A stretch of 63,987 nucleotides of DNA, filler included, from Hyphochytrium catenoides (taxonomy: Eukaryota > Protista > Hyphochytriomycota), in assembly GCA_900088475.1 (NCBI GenBank). It is 14 parts of 14 records of this genome, joined end to end, with 100 filler letters (N's around TTAATTAATTAA, not from the genome) between each part and the next. Parts side by side here need not be neighbours in the genome. Positions count along the whole stretch, not along the records: positions 32,490 to 39,556 come from FLMG01002237.1; positions 39,657 to 44,401 come from FLMG01000374.1; positions 44,502 to 59,609 come from FLMG01000276.1; 11 more parts are not named here. One strand, given 5' to 3'. A program made the position numbers and the translations under genes. The notes under the pieces were generated by a model. That model was not told the origin of the DNA, did not search any database, and saw nothing but the letters and a program-made list of their open reading frames with translations. Below are positions 38,546-50,700 of this stretch, piece by piece; position 1 is the first letter of the stretch; each line of letters opens with the position of its first letter.

Positions 38546-39556
38546 NNNNNNNNNNNNNNNNNNNNNNTCTATCTATTAACAGCTGACTGATCTGAGCGAA
38601 GGCAATTGACGGTCTGACAACATGAAGAGGCGTTCTCCCCTCTGCGTCCCGTCTGCCACCTTCAGCACCACGCTTCAGTAAATACTCCACCGCTTCATAG
38701 CTCCCTCCTCTGACAGCCGCATGGAGAGCCGTTCCAGACCAACCAGTGGTTGACAAAGGAGCAGTGGCTGACTGAGAGGAGTGAGGAAGAGGGGAAGATT
38801 GCTCAAGGAAGGAAGGATCTGGACACTGTCCGCATTCATGACTGTTAACATCAATGGCTCTGCGGCGTAAGAGAGTCTCCATAGCCTTCACCTGTCCCTT
38901 TCTTGCTGCTCTACATAGAGCAGACACCCATAGACCTCCAGGGTTGCTGTCCTCTTCTTCATTCTCTTTCTCTCTATCTTGCCCCATTTCGCCTTCCCCG
39001 TTCTTGAGCCAGGCTTCATAGCGTTGCCGAGTAATAAAAGAGAAAGTGGCTGGCCTTGGGGCGGACTTCACTGCTTCCATTATGTCCGCAAAAGGAGAAA
39101 GAAGAAGGAGAGTACCGTCGATGGACGCCAAGAAAGACCCTAAGGGCACTTTTCTGTTTCTTCCCATCGAGGGAGACGATCCTGTTCCTCTCTCTCTGGA
39201 CCAGCCTCTGTCTCCTTTCTCCGCTACCACGGCATCAAAGTTCCAGGGCCCAGGAGAAAAGCGGATGCCCAGCTCTTCCAAGCTCTTTACGTCCACGTGG
39301 ATAAATTGCTGGCCCTCTGGGTCTACTTGCAGGATAGCTTCCAAAAGAGAGAGAGAGGAAGACAGCAACGAGAGGTATGGGGCATACTTTTCTCCCTCGC
39401 ACTCTGCAGGAACGAAGGTCTCCATGTACCTTTGTGTAAGGAAAGGACGGAAGAGACCCGAGTGCGCGATGGCATAAGAGAGAATCTCACGCATATCCTC
39501 TAGCCTCAGACTCACTCCTCTTTCTTTCTTGCTTGTTTCCTCTATCGCCTGGCATG
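33982..39556 (-). CDS. Ankyrin-repeat RasGEF (REM + CDC25) with N-terminal PDZ-like and VPS9-like segments (5' partial)
   Basis: Ankyrin motifs (GTALHAAVRGG, GMTPLMLLARDG, GRTALHDAAERG); REM-like LVAGNLASIVE and AFVWGCGFYATVDDLL; CDC25 motifs DPGLVAQQLTL, LNNLDSFMAIIFGLQSNAVHRLAITW, PPCMPYIGTFLQ, LINFDKLR, YAISLLLEPR; same strand and contig, no intervening gene end seen. Confidence 0.8.
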
Positions 39557-40017
39557 NNNNNNNNNNNNNNNNNNNNNNNNNNNNNNNNNNNNNNNNNNNN
39601 TTAATTAATTAANNNNNNNNNNNNNNNNNNNNNNNNNNNNNNNNNNNNNNNNNNNNCGCGGGTTATTCAATCTTTGGCTCTAGCGGCGTCCGCTTCTCTC
39701 TTTCCTCGAGTAGATGTGTCTCTTCGTTTTTCCTCGAGCTTCTGTCTCTTCGCGGTCTCTTCAACTTTTAGGTTATCAGAGATCTGTCTTGAAGGATAGC
39801 CAAGCTTTCTTCCTTCTCCCGTTTTGTCTGCTGTTGCTGGATGAAGCTTCAGATCCCGATGAGCTCTTTTCCGATTATCTGGTGTGCACTTTTGAAGATT
39901 GGACGTGAGGCTACGTCGTGCACCAGGGTTGCAAGCGATGAGGAGGGACAGAGAACGAGAGAGAGAGAGAGAGAGAGAGGGAAAGAGAGAGANNNNNNNN
40001 NNNNNNNNNNNNNNNNN

Positions 40018-40050
<33 letters not shown>

Positions 40051-41038
40051 AGAGAAGGGGTGACGATGAAGAGACATACGCTTTCTATCGGAGAGGAAGA
40101 ACATCAGGCGCTTGGAACGCCGCAGCAGGAAAGAACTGGGAAGAGAAGAGGCAAAAAAAGAGGGAGCGAGAAGAGAAGAGTGAGACCGAGAGAGGGAGAG
40201 ATATGAGGATGAAGAACAGATAGGAGGAGGGAGATAGAGGGACGGAGAGAAAGACCGAGAGAGAGAGAGAGTTAGAAAGGACAAGGGCGAGAATCTCTCT
40301 CTCTCTCTTCTCTGCAAAAACTTCCTCCCCATCTTCTGGGCAGTAATAATAACCTGAGGAGGCCAAACACTGTGCTTATGAAACAATAATGATCAATAGT
40401 ATACGACATGAACTGGGGTCCGTATCGAATCTAAGATCAGTTACTGAACCTAGCCAAGAGTGATTTGACATTGTCAACTGATTCTTAGCCAAAATGAAAC
40501 TTTACAACTTAAAACCTTCAGGGCGGATCTTTCCAGATTCCTTACAAGCTAATACATCGAGGATCAAAAGAGCCGAAATAATTCAGAAACGAATATTCCC
40601 CTTCACACTTTACAGGTCGAAGTGACATGAGAAGAACAAAGCCTCGCTCTGTCTCCTTTGCATCTATCCCTCCCAGACGTCTCTTTGCGCTCTGTCTGGG
40701 ACACTATAGCTAAGGACCCCTTTGTTATTCATCTCTTAGTGAGCTCTGTCTCCTGTCTGGTCTGTGTCTCTCTCCTTTCTCTGGCACTTGTCCTCCTCCC
40801 CTCTCTTTGCCCCATCAGGCGCCAGGCCATCACTCACCATCAGAACCCTCTCCTCGCCTTTCTGTCTTTCTCTCTCTCAGTCTCTGTCTTTGTTGCTCAC
40901 ACTCTCTCCCACTGCTCTCTTTCTTCTCTCACTTCCTGCTCTGTCTCACCAGCCTCTGTCTTCCATTCTCAATCTGCTCCTCCTTGCTTCCATATTCATC
41001 TCTCTTTCTCTGTCTCTCTCTGTCCCTCTCTTTCTCTC

Positions 41039-41071
<33 letters not shown>

Positions 41072-41487
41072 TTCTCTCTCTTTCTGTCTCTCTGTCTTTC
41101 TCTCTCTGCCTCTCTGTCTGCCTCAGTCACTGTTACATGGACTGTCATCCATCACATACTGTACCACTCTGACGTTGTTTGATGGAAAAGAGAGTAAAGA
41201 AGACCTGTCAAAGAAAGCAAGAGCAGCGAGAGAGAGAGAGAGAGAAAGAGCGAGCGAGCGAGAGGGAGAGAGCGAGACAGAGAGAGAGACAGAGGAAGGA
41301 AGGAACTGTCTCTGAGAGAGTAGACCGTAGTTCCTAGAGCTTGAACGCGTCGGTCGGTGGTGATTGCCTTGCTGAGCGGCACGCGTCGAACGACTCGCAG
41401 ACAAATCTGCAGAAGGAGGTGGCACACAGGATCAGAGGCAAGTTGCGAAGAAGACTGGGAGAGAAAAGAGAGAGACAGAGAGAGACG

Positions 41488-44014
41488 ATGCCTCCCGCTT
41501 CCCCTCCTCTCCCCAGCGTCAAACTGCCGAAGGGGCTCCCACAGCGGATCGCGATCCCTTCGGCGGACATCTCTCTCCCTCCTGATGCAGATCCACTAGT
41601 GTACGGACAGAGAGAAACAGAGAGAGATAGCGAGCCTTCTTTCTTCTCATGGTCTGAGCGCCCACGAACATTAACTATAGGGACGATCACCGTTCTCTTC
41701 TTTCTCTACGCTATCTTCAAAGATACCCCGCCTGACGCGGACCTGGAGTACAATGTGAAGAGAGGCATCAAGTACGCGTGCTTCTTCTTCCTCATCTATT
41801 GCGTCTGTGAGGTAAGCTGAAAGAGGAAGGATGCTCTCCCAGTCTCTCTCTCTCTCTCTCCCTCTCACCTCGCTGGGTGCCTTCCACTTTCGCTGCTGTT
41901 TCCTTCTTTCCCTCCCTCTCTCTGTCACAGAGACTGTCGCTATGGTATGTTCATGTCCTTGCCTGCCCTTTGGCTTCTCTGTCCGCTCTCCCTCTTTTGG
42001 TGCTCTTCCCCCCTCTCCCCCGTCCCTTCTCGCTCTCTATTCCTTTCTCCATTATCCTCTTTCTCTGTCTTCATCTCCTCTCTCTCTCTCTCTCTCTCTC
42101 TTTGCCCCTCTCTCTCTCTCCTGTCTCCGTTCTTCTCTAAGTGCTAAACCTTGCCTTCATCCTTTCCTTTGCAATGTCCGTCCTTTCAGCTGCGTGATGG
42201 TCACTTTATCCGCCCTCATCCCGTTGTCTGGCGCCTGGTAACCGGCTGCTTCATCCTCTACGAGATGTTCCTCGTCTTCTTGCTGTTTCAGGTACAGAGC
42301 ATCCATCTTCTCTTTCTCCCTTTTGTCCAGGTCGTGGGTCTTCCGCCGCTCTCTCTCTCTCCCTCTCTCCTCTTATGTCTCCGCCTTTGTGATCTAATCT
42401 TTTCGTTTACTTTCCTGCGTTGGCTCTCCCTTGGTATCTATAGTTCTCCGCTGCAACTGTCTCTCAAAGTTGGCAACCTATCTTCCTCTTTTCTCTCTCT
42501 CTCTCTTTTCTTCCTCTTCCCCCTTTCCGCACTTGCCCTTTCCGCATTCCTTGTCCCCTCTCTCTTGGTCTCTCTGTCTCCCTCTCTTTTTTCTGTACTT
42601 CCTTTTTCTTTTCCTTTCTGTCTCTAGCACGCCTCAACCCCTTTCTAAAGCTTCTGTCTATCTGTCTCTCACTCTTGTGCTCCTCTCTCTTTCTGCTTCT
42701 CTCTCTTTGTTCTTTCCCTCGCTTAGAGCACAGATGACGCTCGTCGGCTGCTGAAGTACTTGGACCCTTCCCTTGGAGTTGAGCTTCCGGAGAGAGCGTA
42801 CGGAGAGGACTGTCGGGTCTACACGCCCGAGGATCCTTCCTCGTCCTTCAGAAACTTAAGAGACACGCTCTTCGATGAATTCGTCCTCATGCACGCTATA
42901 GGATGGTTCGTCGGAACCCTCATGGTGAGCAAACATCCTGACAATGAAGAGAAGAGAAGCAGGGGAGAGAGGGAGAGAGAGAGAGAAAAAGGGGGAAAGG
43001 AAGAGAGGCAGAGACAGAGAACTAAGAGAGAGAGAGAGAGAAAAAAGCTAAGAGGGAGAGCAAGAGAAGTGAAAGGAAAGACGTCAGATGTTACCTTGAA
43101 AGCGCGATGAGAAGTGAATGCGGAAGGGGCAAGGGGTACTACGCCACCTCCATCTCCTCTCTTGATCCTCTCTAGCTCTCATCTTGTTCATGTCTCTCTT
43201 GCGGTCTCTAGATTAGGGATTACTTTATATGCTGGACATTGAGCATTCTCTTTGAGTTTTATGAGATGACTTTCTCGCATTGGCTGCCCAACTTCAATGA
43301 ATGCTGGTGAGTGAATGCCAGGGAAGAGAGGAGAGGGAGACAGAGAGAGAGAGACAGGGAGAGACAAAGAGATACAGAGAGTCAGGGGACAGGACAGCAG
43401 AGAGTCATGTCATTGTCCCGCCTTCTCTACTTCCCTTATTCTGGCTGGCAGTCTAGGCGCCGCACTTTCAGTTCTCTTTCCTTCCTCTCAGTGTGTGCCT
43501 TTCTCTCGCCCTCTCTCTTTCTCTCCCTTTTCTCTCTTCTGGCATGTCCTTCGCTCACACATTTTCACTTATCTCTCCCTGCTATGTCGACTGTAGGTGG
43601 GACCACGTCTTCTTTGACGTCTTAATCTGCAACGCGCTGGGCATTTACTTAGGAATGAAGACGTGCAAGTGGTTTGAGATGAAGCAGTACAACTGGATGG
43701 CCATCAAGCTTGACCAGTCTAAAGCGGCAGAGAGCCAAGACGGAGGCCAGGAGAGGAAAGAAGGAGGGAAACAAAGGAGAAAGAGAGAGGCTGCCTGGGG
43801 AGCAGCAGATAAAGCTATGAGCTTCTTGATGCCCGCTGGCTGGATCAGATACCGTTGGGGCGTCTTTGAGTCTCCTTCGCGGTTCTTCTTCGTCATGTTT
43901 ATGATTGTCGGCATCTCCGTCATGCTGCTCAATGCTTTTTTTCTTAAGGTGAGAGACCTCTGTTTATTCTGCCCTTTTCTCCCTCTCCACTCTCTCTCTC
44001 TCTCTCTCTGTCTC

Positions 44015-44061
<47 letters not shown>

Positions 44062-44401
44062 CTCTCCTGGTATGTTGATTCATTGTACGGAATCACGGAT
44101 CTCTCGTCTTGGACGGCCTGTTCTGTCCTTGCCCTTTCCCGTAGCATGGACTTCTCTCTCTCTCTTGCTTGGCTCTAACCATTTCGTACAACTTTGTGCT
44201 CGGAGCTATGCATATCCTCCTTGCCCTTTCAAGGTCATAAGTCTCTCATCCCTTTGCAGCGCTCTTCCACCTTTCTGTTCCCTTCTCTTAGCAGGATCGC
44301 TACTTACATTTTTTTATTCTCTCTCTGTCTAATCTGCTTCCGCGCTCTCTCGCTCGCTCTCTCCGTCATCTTAGGCTATCCTTTGGATCCCTCCGCCCAA
44401 C
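41488..44401 (+). CDS. PTDSS: Phosphatidylserine synthase, base-exchange type (PTDSS1/2 family), 3' partial
   Basis: Spliced motifs [94 protein letters not shown]. Confidence 0.95.
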
Positions 44402-47400
44402 NNNNNNNNNNNNNNNNNNNNNNNNNNNNNNNNNNNNNNNNNNNNTTAATTAATTAANNNNNNNNNNNNNNNNNNNNNNNNNNNNNNNNNNNNNNNNNNN
44501 NGAGAGAGGGAGAGAGAGGGAGAGAGTGTGAGAGAGAGATTGCAGGAGAGGGAGAGGGAGAGAGAGAGAAAAGGAGAGGAAGAGAGGAAGAGACAGAGAG
44601 AGAGAGAGAGAGAGAGAAGGTAAGAATGGAGGGCTTTACGTGAAACCTCTCATGCTCTTTAGAACTATCTGTCTCCCGATCCTTTCTACTCGGAGAGATT
44701 AGCTTCGTCCGCTTCCCTTTCTTGCTCGATGCGGAGTCGTTCTCCGTCCGTCTCCTCTCTCTCCATATTCATTTCTCTCTGTCTCCGTCTCTCTTTCTGT
44801 TTCTATAGTGGCACAACTATGTCTCTCTCTCTCTCGTTTTCCTCTCTCTCCATTAAATTTCTCTCTATTGTCTCCTCCACCTGTTTCTCTTTCTGTCTCT
44901 CCTCTTTTTCTGTTCCTTGCCTTTGAATTTCAGAAGAAGCTCTCTGTTCTCTATGATGCTGGTGACTTCCCCGTCTTCTTCGTCCGTCCTACCTCCTCCT
45001 TCTGTTGGCTGTTCCACGACTGTATGGATTTGGGTTTTTGGGAAGTCGTTGAGAACCCAATCATGTTGGTCGTGCTTCTTACCTTCGACAGCCTTGTTCT
45101 GCACGGAGATATCCTATAGAACTACTGATGGACTGAGGATTGATTCTATGGTGGCCATCACTAGTCAACGCATAACCGCTGCTGACCAAAGAAGGTAGGC
45201 AAGGAATATCGTTAGCGTGCCTCTATCACACGTTTTCTATAATAATAAAAAAAAGGGAGCAGGTTCGAGCTGAGATGATGGAAGAGCCTAAGGCTTCTTA
45301 GCTTTTCTCCTCTTCTTCTTCCTCTTCTTCTTCTTCTCTTTCTTCTTCTTCTAGAATTAGTCTGTTAGTAGTAGCGATAGTAGTAGCAACCCTAATAAGC
45401 ATAAAAAAAAAACGCAAGTCCGGCCGGGCTGGCAGTTTTATGTACTAGAAAGGGGCATGACTTCAAGCATGCGCACCGCCAACAAGGAAGACGATGGCAG
45501 GCAGAGCGTTGAACAGCAATCTTGACGTCCTTTTTATAATTTTTACAAAGAGCTTCCGTAATATCGTCGCCAAGGTCAGCAACCATGCAACTAGCTTATG
45601 CAAGGGACTGGGTGATACTCTCTCTCTTTGCAGCTGGTTTTTAGATTATGCAGCTAACTAAATGGAATCATAGCTAGACTGCCCTAGTCCCGCTAGACCG
45701 CCCTAGTCCCGGGGGCCAAACGGGAGAGTCTAAAGAAGAACTGGAGGCCCAAGAGCTATTGAGAGACCTCCCTAGTGGTGCGAGAGCAAAAGATCCGTAT
45801 CCGTGCCAGGGCTGGATGTGGCTGCGCTAGCGCGCTCGTAGGAGGAGAGAAAGAGAAAAGATGGCAACAACGGACACAACTAGCAGCCCCAGAAGAAGCA
45901 CCCGAAGTAGGAGATGGGACCAGGCTATCACAGAGAGAAGCTGGAAGAGAATGTCCCTTCAATGTCCGTGTCACAATCATCCAGGGAGAGGCACTTGCTT
46001 ACTCACCAAGAACTTCTGGTACTAGATTATGCTCGAAATGACCCGATCACGAATGGCAGACGTCTTAGCCCTGGACGCAAACTGATGATGATCAAAAGTA
46101 TCGCCGGTTGAGACGTCGCCCTGTTGAGAGACGCTAATAGCCACAGACTAAGGGGGGGAATAGAGTTCATTTGCTTGACAAGCGTGGCAGGCAGCAAAGT
46201 GTGTACTTGCTCCCTCAATCTCTTTCTCAACCCGGAGTCGGTTGTTACCCACAACAAACAGCTGACGGCCGCACAGCGAGCTTGGTCTTTCGAGCGCGAT
46301 CCGTTACTGAGATGTCAAAAGCGGAGTCGACCGTTCAATCAAATCCACCATTCATGATCAAATCGTCAGGCTCGGACGATAAAAGATAGAGAGAAGAAGG
46401 TCGAGTGCTTCTGTCCTGGCTCATCCTTGAAAGGAGGCATTTTTCCTTCATCAGGAAGTATCGGACGCGTCATCATCTTCAAGTAAGCCTGTTCCCGGTC
46501 TTCTTCGGGCATGAGCCCACATTGGTCTCTCGGTTGCGTTCAGCTTCAGGTCACAAATAGGTCTTCTTTGACTCACTCGGCTAATAAACAAGTCCTTCAC
46601 GTCTCACACAGGTGCCCAGCAAGTCTTTCAGGACCCTACCGGGTTGCCCGCCGTGGTTCGGATTCTCATCAGGTCCCAATAAATGGAGGTCATGTTAGGT
46701 GATAGAGGAAAAAAATCTTGATGGTTGTTCTTGTACTATCGTGGCGGGCGTTCTTCACTACTCTCTGCACAGGATAAGGTGCCTAATATGAATAACTTCC
46801 AAATAATGATGAACCAGTTCGTCCTCTTGTTGTTGCTGATCATCACCACGAGCTCTTCTTCTTGTTGCATCACTACTAACCCTATAACTCTACACTACTA
46901 CTCTCACCATATGCTTGCTTATCTACTACTGGTAGTAGGAGGACGGACATGCATGACCCGCTCACCTTGACCGTAAGAGAGTTAGAACCGTAGCTGAGGA
47001 CGGAGGAGTAGGTTGAGACCAGATGATGATGCCGCTGGGTAGTAGCGCCAGGTCCTCCTCCAGCTCTGCAGCAGACCACCAACGGCGCGGGTGACCGAAG
47101 ACGCCAGGAAGACGACGTAAAACGGTACAGTACCAGTTACTGCACATTAGAGGCGGCGACCAGTCCTTTCCTTAGTCCCTGGGTAGGAACTACAAAGCGT
47201 CAGTTACTATTCAACTGATTCTTGCTTACTACCAAAGCATGTGATTTTACTCTTTGATTCCTGATCTTTGATTCCTGAACAGAGATTTCTACTGTACCGC
47301 CAAAGCCCTTTTTGTAGCTGCTTGAAGTTGGCAGCAGATGCAGATGAACATCCCCGATCCTCGCTCCTGATGAATCACCAGCAGCTTCCAGCACAGCGTC

Positions 47401-47726
47401 AGCAAGCCAGCAGGGATATTGATGATGGGGACAGCAAGGAAGAGATTGTGGACGGATGGAGACCGAGCCCGAGAGGTTCTCCAGCGCTTCACGTCAGTAT
47501 GTGTTTGAAGGGTTGCGTCAGTGGAGGGCGGAAGTAGCCTCGGGTTACTTTACATATCACTAGAACAACGAGCGAGGAAGGGCTAGAACACGTTCTAAGG
47601 CAGACCTATGCTGGAGCATACGTAGGTGACATGGATGTCGATAGTGTTTATTAGGGGTCGAGTGAGTGTGTGTCGTCTACTAGACACGGTGTGTCCTTCA
47701 AGGTTAACAGTGGCTAGAGCGACGCA

Positions 47727-50700
47727 ATGACTTCTTCGACAGTATTATGCGCGGTGTCAATAGCAGTTGCAGCGCTCCTGAGAACGTCAAGCTTACTGCT
47801 TCTGCCTTCTTGCACGGCACTTCCTGAGGAAGGCTCACTCGCCCTGCTGCCCAGCAAGAGCGTGCAGCATGAGACAGTTCGAAAAGAGGTAATCACGTCC
47901 CTCAACGCTTATCCCTAGCCAGCGGCTCCCTTGTCTTATCATGTCTACATATTCTCGTCGGATAGCTTCCAGAATTGTTGAAGTACCGCCCTCATATGCT
48001 GCAAGCGCTCTGTCTTTCTCTTCCCTATGGCCAATACATCCTAATAATCATCTCGGCTCTCCCTTCTTCCATCCCCCTCACATGTCTATCCTGCCTCTCC
48101 GCCTTCTCTCGCTCCATTCTTCCTCTTTTCTTTGAATTGTCATCTTGCGCTGTCATGAGTGACCACCTCAGCAAGTTCTTCCTCTCTTCATGTCATTCTT
48201 GGAGCAGAATGTGGATAGTGCTCTCAGCACCAAGAGAAGAGAGCGCCTTATATCTTCCTGTCATCTACAAGGCTGGCCTTCCACGATCCGGAGAGGAGAG
48301 GACAGCGGAGAGAGAGACACAGAGGATGACGAGGAGAATGCATCTCTCTCTCCTTCCTCTTGCTGCTCCGCAGAGAAGGCTATGGTCATTCCTAGGGGAG
48401 TGACGGCTCCTCCCATCTGTGCGGGCAGTATAATAGGCGACTACCAGCTCACTGAAAGAACGGCATCGCTAGGACTCTTCGGGCACTCAACAGAAAACGA
48501 AGGAGAGGACAAGAACGGGGAGGCCTGGTGCGCTACGGAGTTTGAAGAAGGACAGGAAGAGGTCTGCCAGCTTCAGAAGACTTTGCCCAGCGCTTCGGAG
48601 CAGGCCTCTCTGGAATACCAGGCAAGACGCCGGGGTGAAGGAGGTTTGTTCTCAAAGCAGTAAAGCACAGTCACTCAGTCAGACATCAACAAAAGGAAGA
48701 CCGGCAGAGAATGAGATCTTAGAGGAAAGATGAACTAGGAATGGGAAGCTAACATTGAACATGGAACGGCCTCTAATGTTAGTGCTTTAGGAGACAGCGG
48801 AGTCAATGGTCTTCGTTAAGCGAGGATACAAGCTGGGAGGAAAGTTTAATCGAGGCAGCCACGGCGAAGTGTGGCGCGCGCAAAAGATAGGCGACGAAGG
48901 AGGATACTCTGGAGGGAGGGGCTTTGTGCTGAAAAGGATCTTCCTAGTAAGTTCCTCCCTGGGACTGCTCTTGTGCCTAACTGGCTGTCCCCAGCTAAAC
49001 GTCACCTTTGACCCGCTCTTTTGCGCTCATTTACCGCGCCTTCTTCGCTGTCATCTGGGACTCTTGTCGCGACGGATGTTCCTTGGCTCTGTTGAATGTA
49101 TACTGAAATTGGTGTGTGCTCTAGGAGTTAGGGGAGCACATCCATCAAAGTGGACTTAGGGAGATTCACTTTGGAAAGCTGCTAAGGAAAGAGCCCCACG
49201 TCGCGAGGTAGAGAAAGAAAGGTCTTCTTGTCACAAGTCTCTTCCTCGCGCTTAGTACTTTAGGCATGAACTCCAACGCTTCCCTCAGATTTCTGTGTGT
49301 CTCTCTGTTCCTCCTTTCTCTCACTAATCTATCAACGTTTTATGCCATTTTAGCTCTTCTCCCTGTGACTCTATGTTCTCCACATCGCCAATCACTTTTT
49401 CCCAGTGTTACGCCTTTCTGACAGGTCAATCAGGGTCTTCTATCGCTCATATCTCTGAAACCTCTCGTCTTCCATTATGACTCAAGACATCTTTTTTCTT
49501 TCCGGACAGATATGTAGAGCACTTTTACCGCGATGTCGTAGTCACTAGAACCCAAGAGGAATCACCATCAGGACGCGGGCCGGTTGATGGGGATGTGACT
49601 CAAGGACCTATAACTCAGGAGGAGAGGGACGGGCAAGGGCTAGCCCAGGAACAAGTCGCCAAGGAGCTGTGGCTTGTATTTCATGACGAAGGGACATCTC
49701 TGCGCAGTCTTCTTTATGACATGACCGAGGCCGATGGCTCTATCGTGTACCAACCCTCGGTAAGGCGCCCTTAAGAACAGTCTCGTCCATTGCCACCCTT
49801 CTGTTTTTCTCCTACCGAACCACGTTACAAGGCTTACTTAGCTGTACATTCCTTTACATTTAGGTCTTTTGGAGACGGATGCGGACAGAAGAGGAGGGAG
49901 AAGATGTGATGAAGGAGATGATGAGACAGCTTCTAGAGGGCCTGGCGGCACTTCATGAGAGTAATGTGACGCACAGGTCAGGCTACATATCTAAAAACTC
50001 CTCAGATTCCTCCTCCGCCGCCGACTTCCTTCTGGCCCCTTTCCTTCTTTGCTGTCTTGAGTGCTCTCTTGCTACTCACCTAATAAAATCTTTCTCATCT
50101 TTACTCTCTCTGCCATTTGAACCTCTGGTATCTGGAAACCCGCTAATCCTCAGGGACATCAAGGTACGGCCGTGCAACCTGCAGCCTTACTCGCTTCTCC
50201 TTAGGACTCATTGATAGGCTGACATATCTGCCCTTAGCCTTCCAACATCTTAGTGAACGATGACCATATTCCCGCCACCGTAAAGCTCGCAGGTGGGTTC
50301 GCATAAGAGAAGTAGGAACTATAAATGGATAAGGATACAGTGATGAAGTGCAGACGATGCTTAGACCACAGGCGCAGAGAGACGAAATCCCCTTACGCTA
50401 AATTTGTGACTCAATTTCCCCCAGACTTCGGTTCGGCTATCGACAGCTACTCGCTGCGGCACCTCTATGACTACATGGGGCCCTCCCAAGCTGAGGAAAC
50501 GAAAGAGTATCAGCCTCCAGAGGTATGTCCGCTTCTTAGAGTCCTCCCTCCAAGGTCTAAATTCTATTCTTTCCCTGCACGACGGTCCGGCAATTTCAAA
50601 GCATGCTGAGGTTCCACCTGCTTTTTGCTGCTCAAGCCTCCTTCTACCTTAGTCCGAGTTATCAGGTCTACTCTTACACTGGCCACCTCGTACGTCTTTT

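Noticed and set aside
37908-39477. Plus-strand ORFs of 223 aa and 143 aa
   Set aside because: Antisense shadows of the ankyrin and PDZ-like exons
44640-45115. Minus-strand exon-like frame (DISVQNKAVEGKKHDQHDW...)
   Set aside because: No recognisable domain and the frame dissolves into microsatellite
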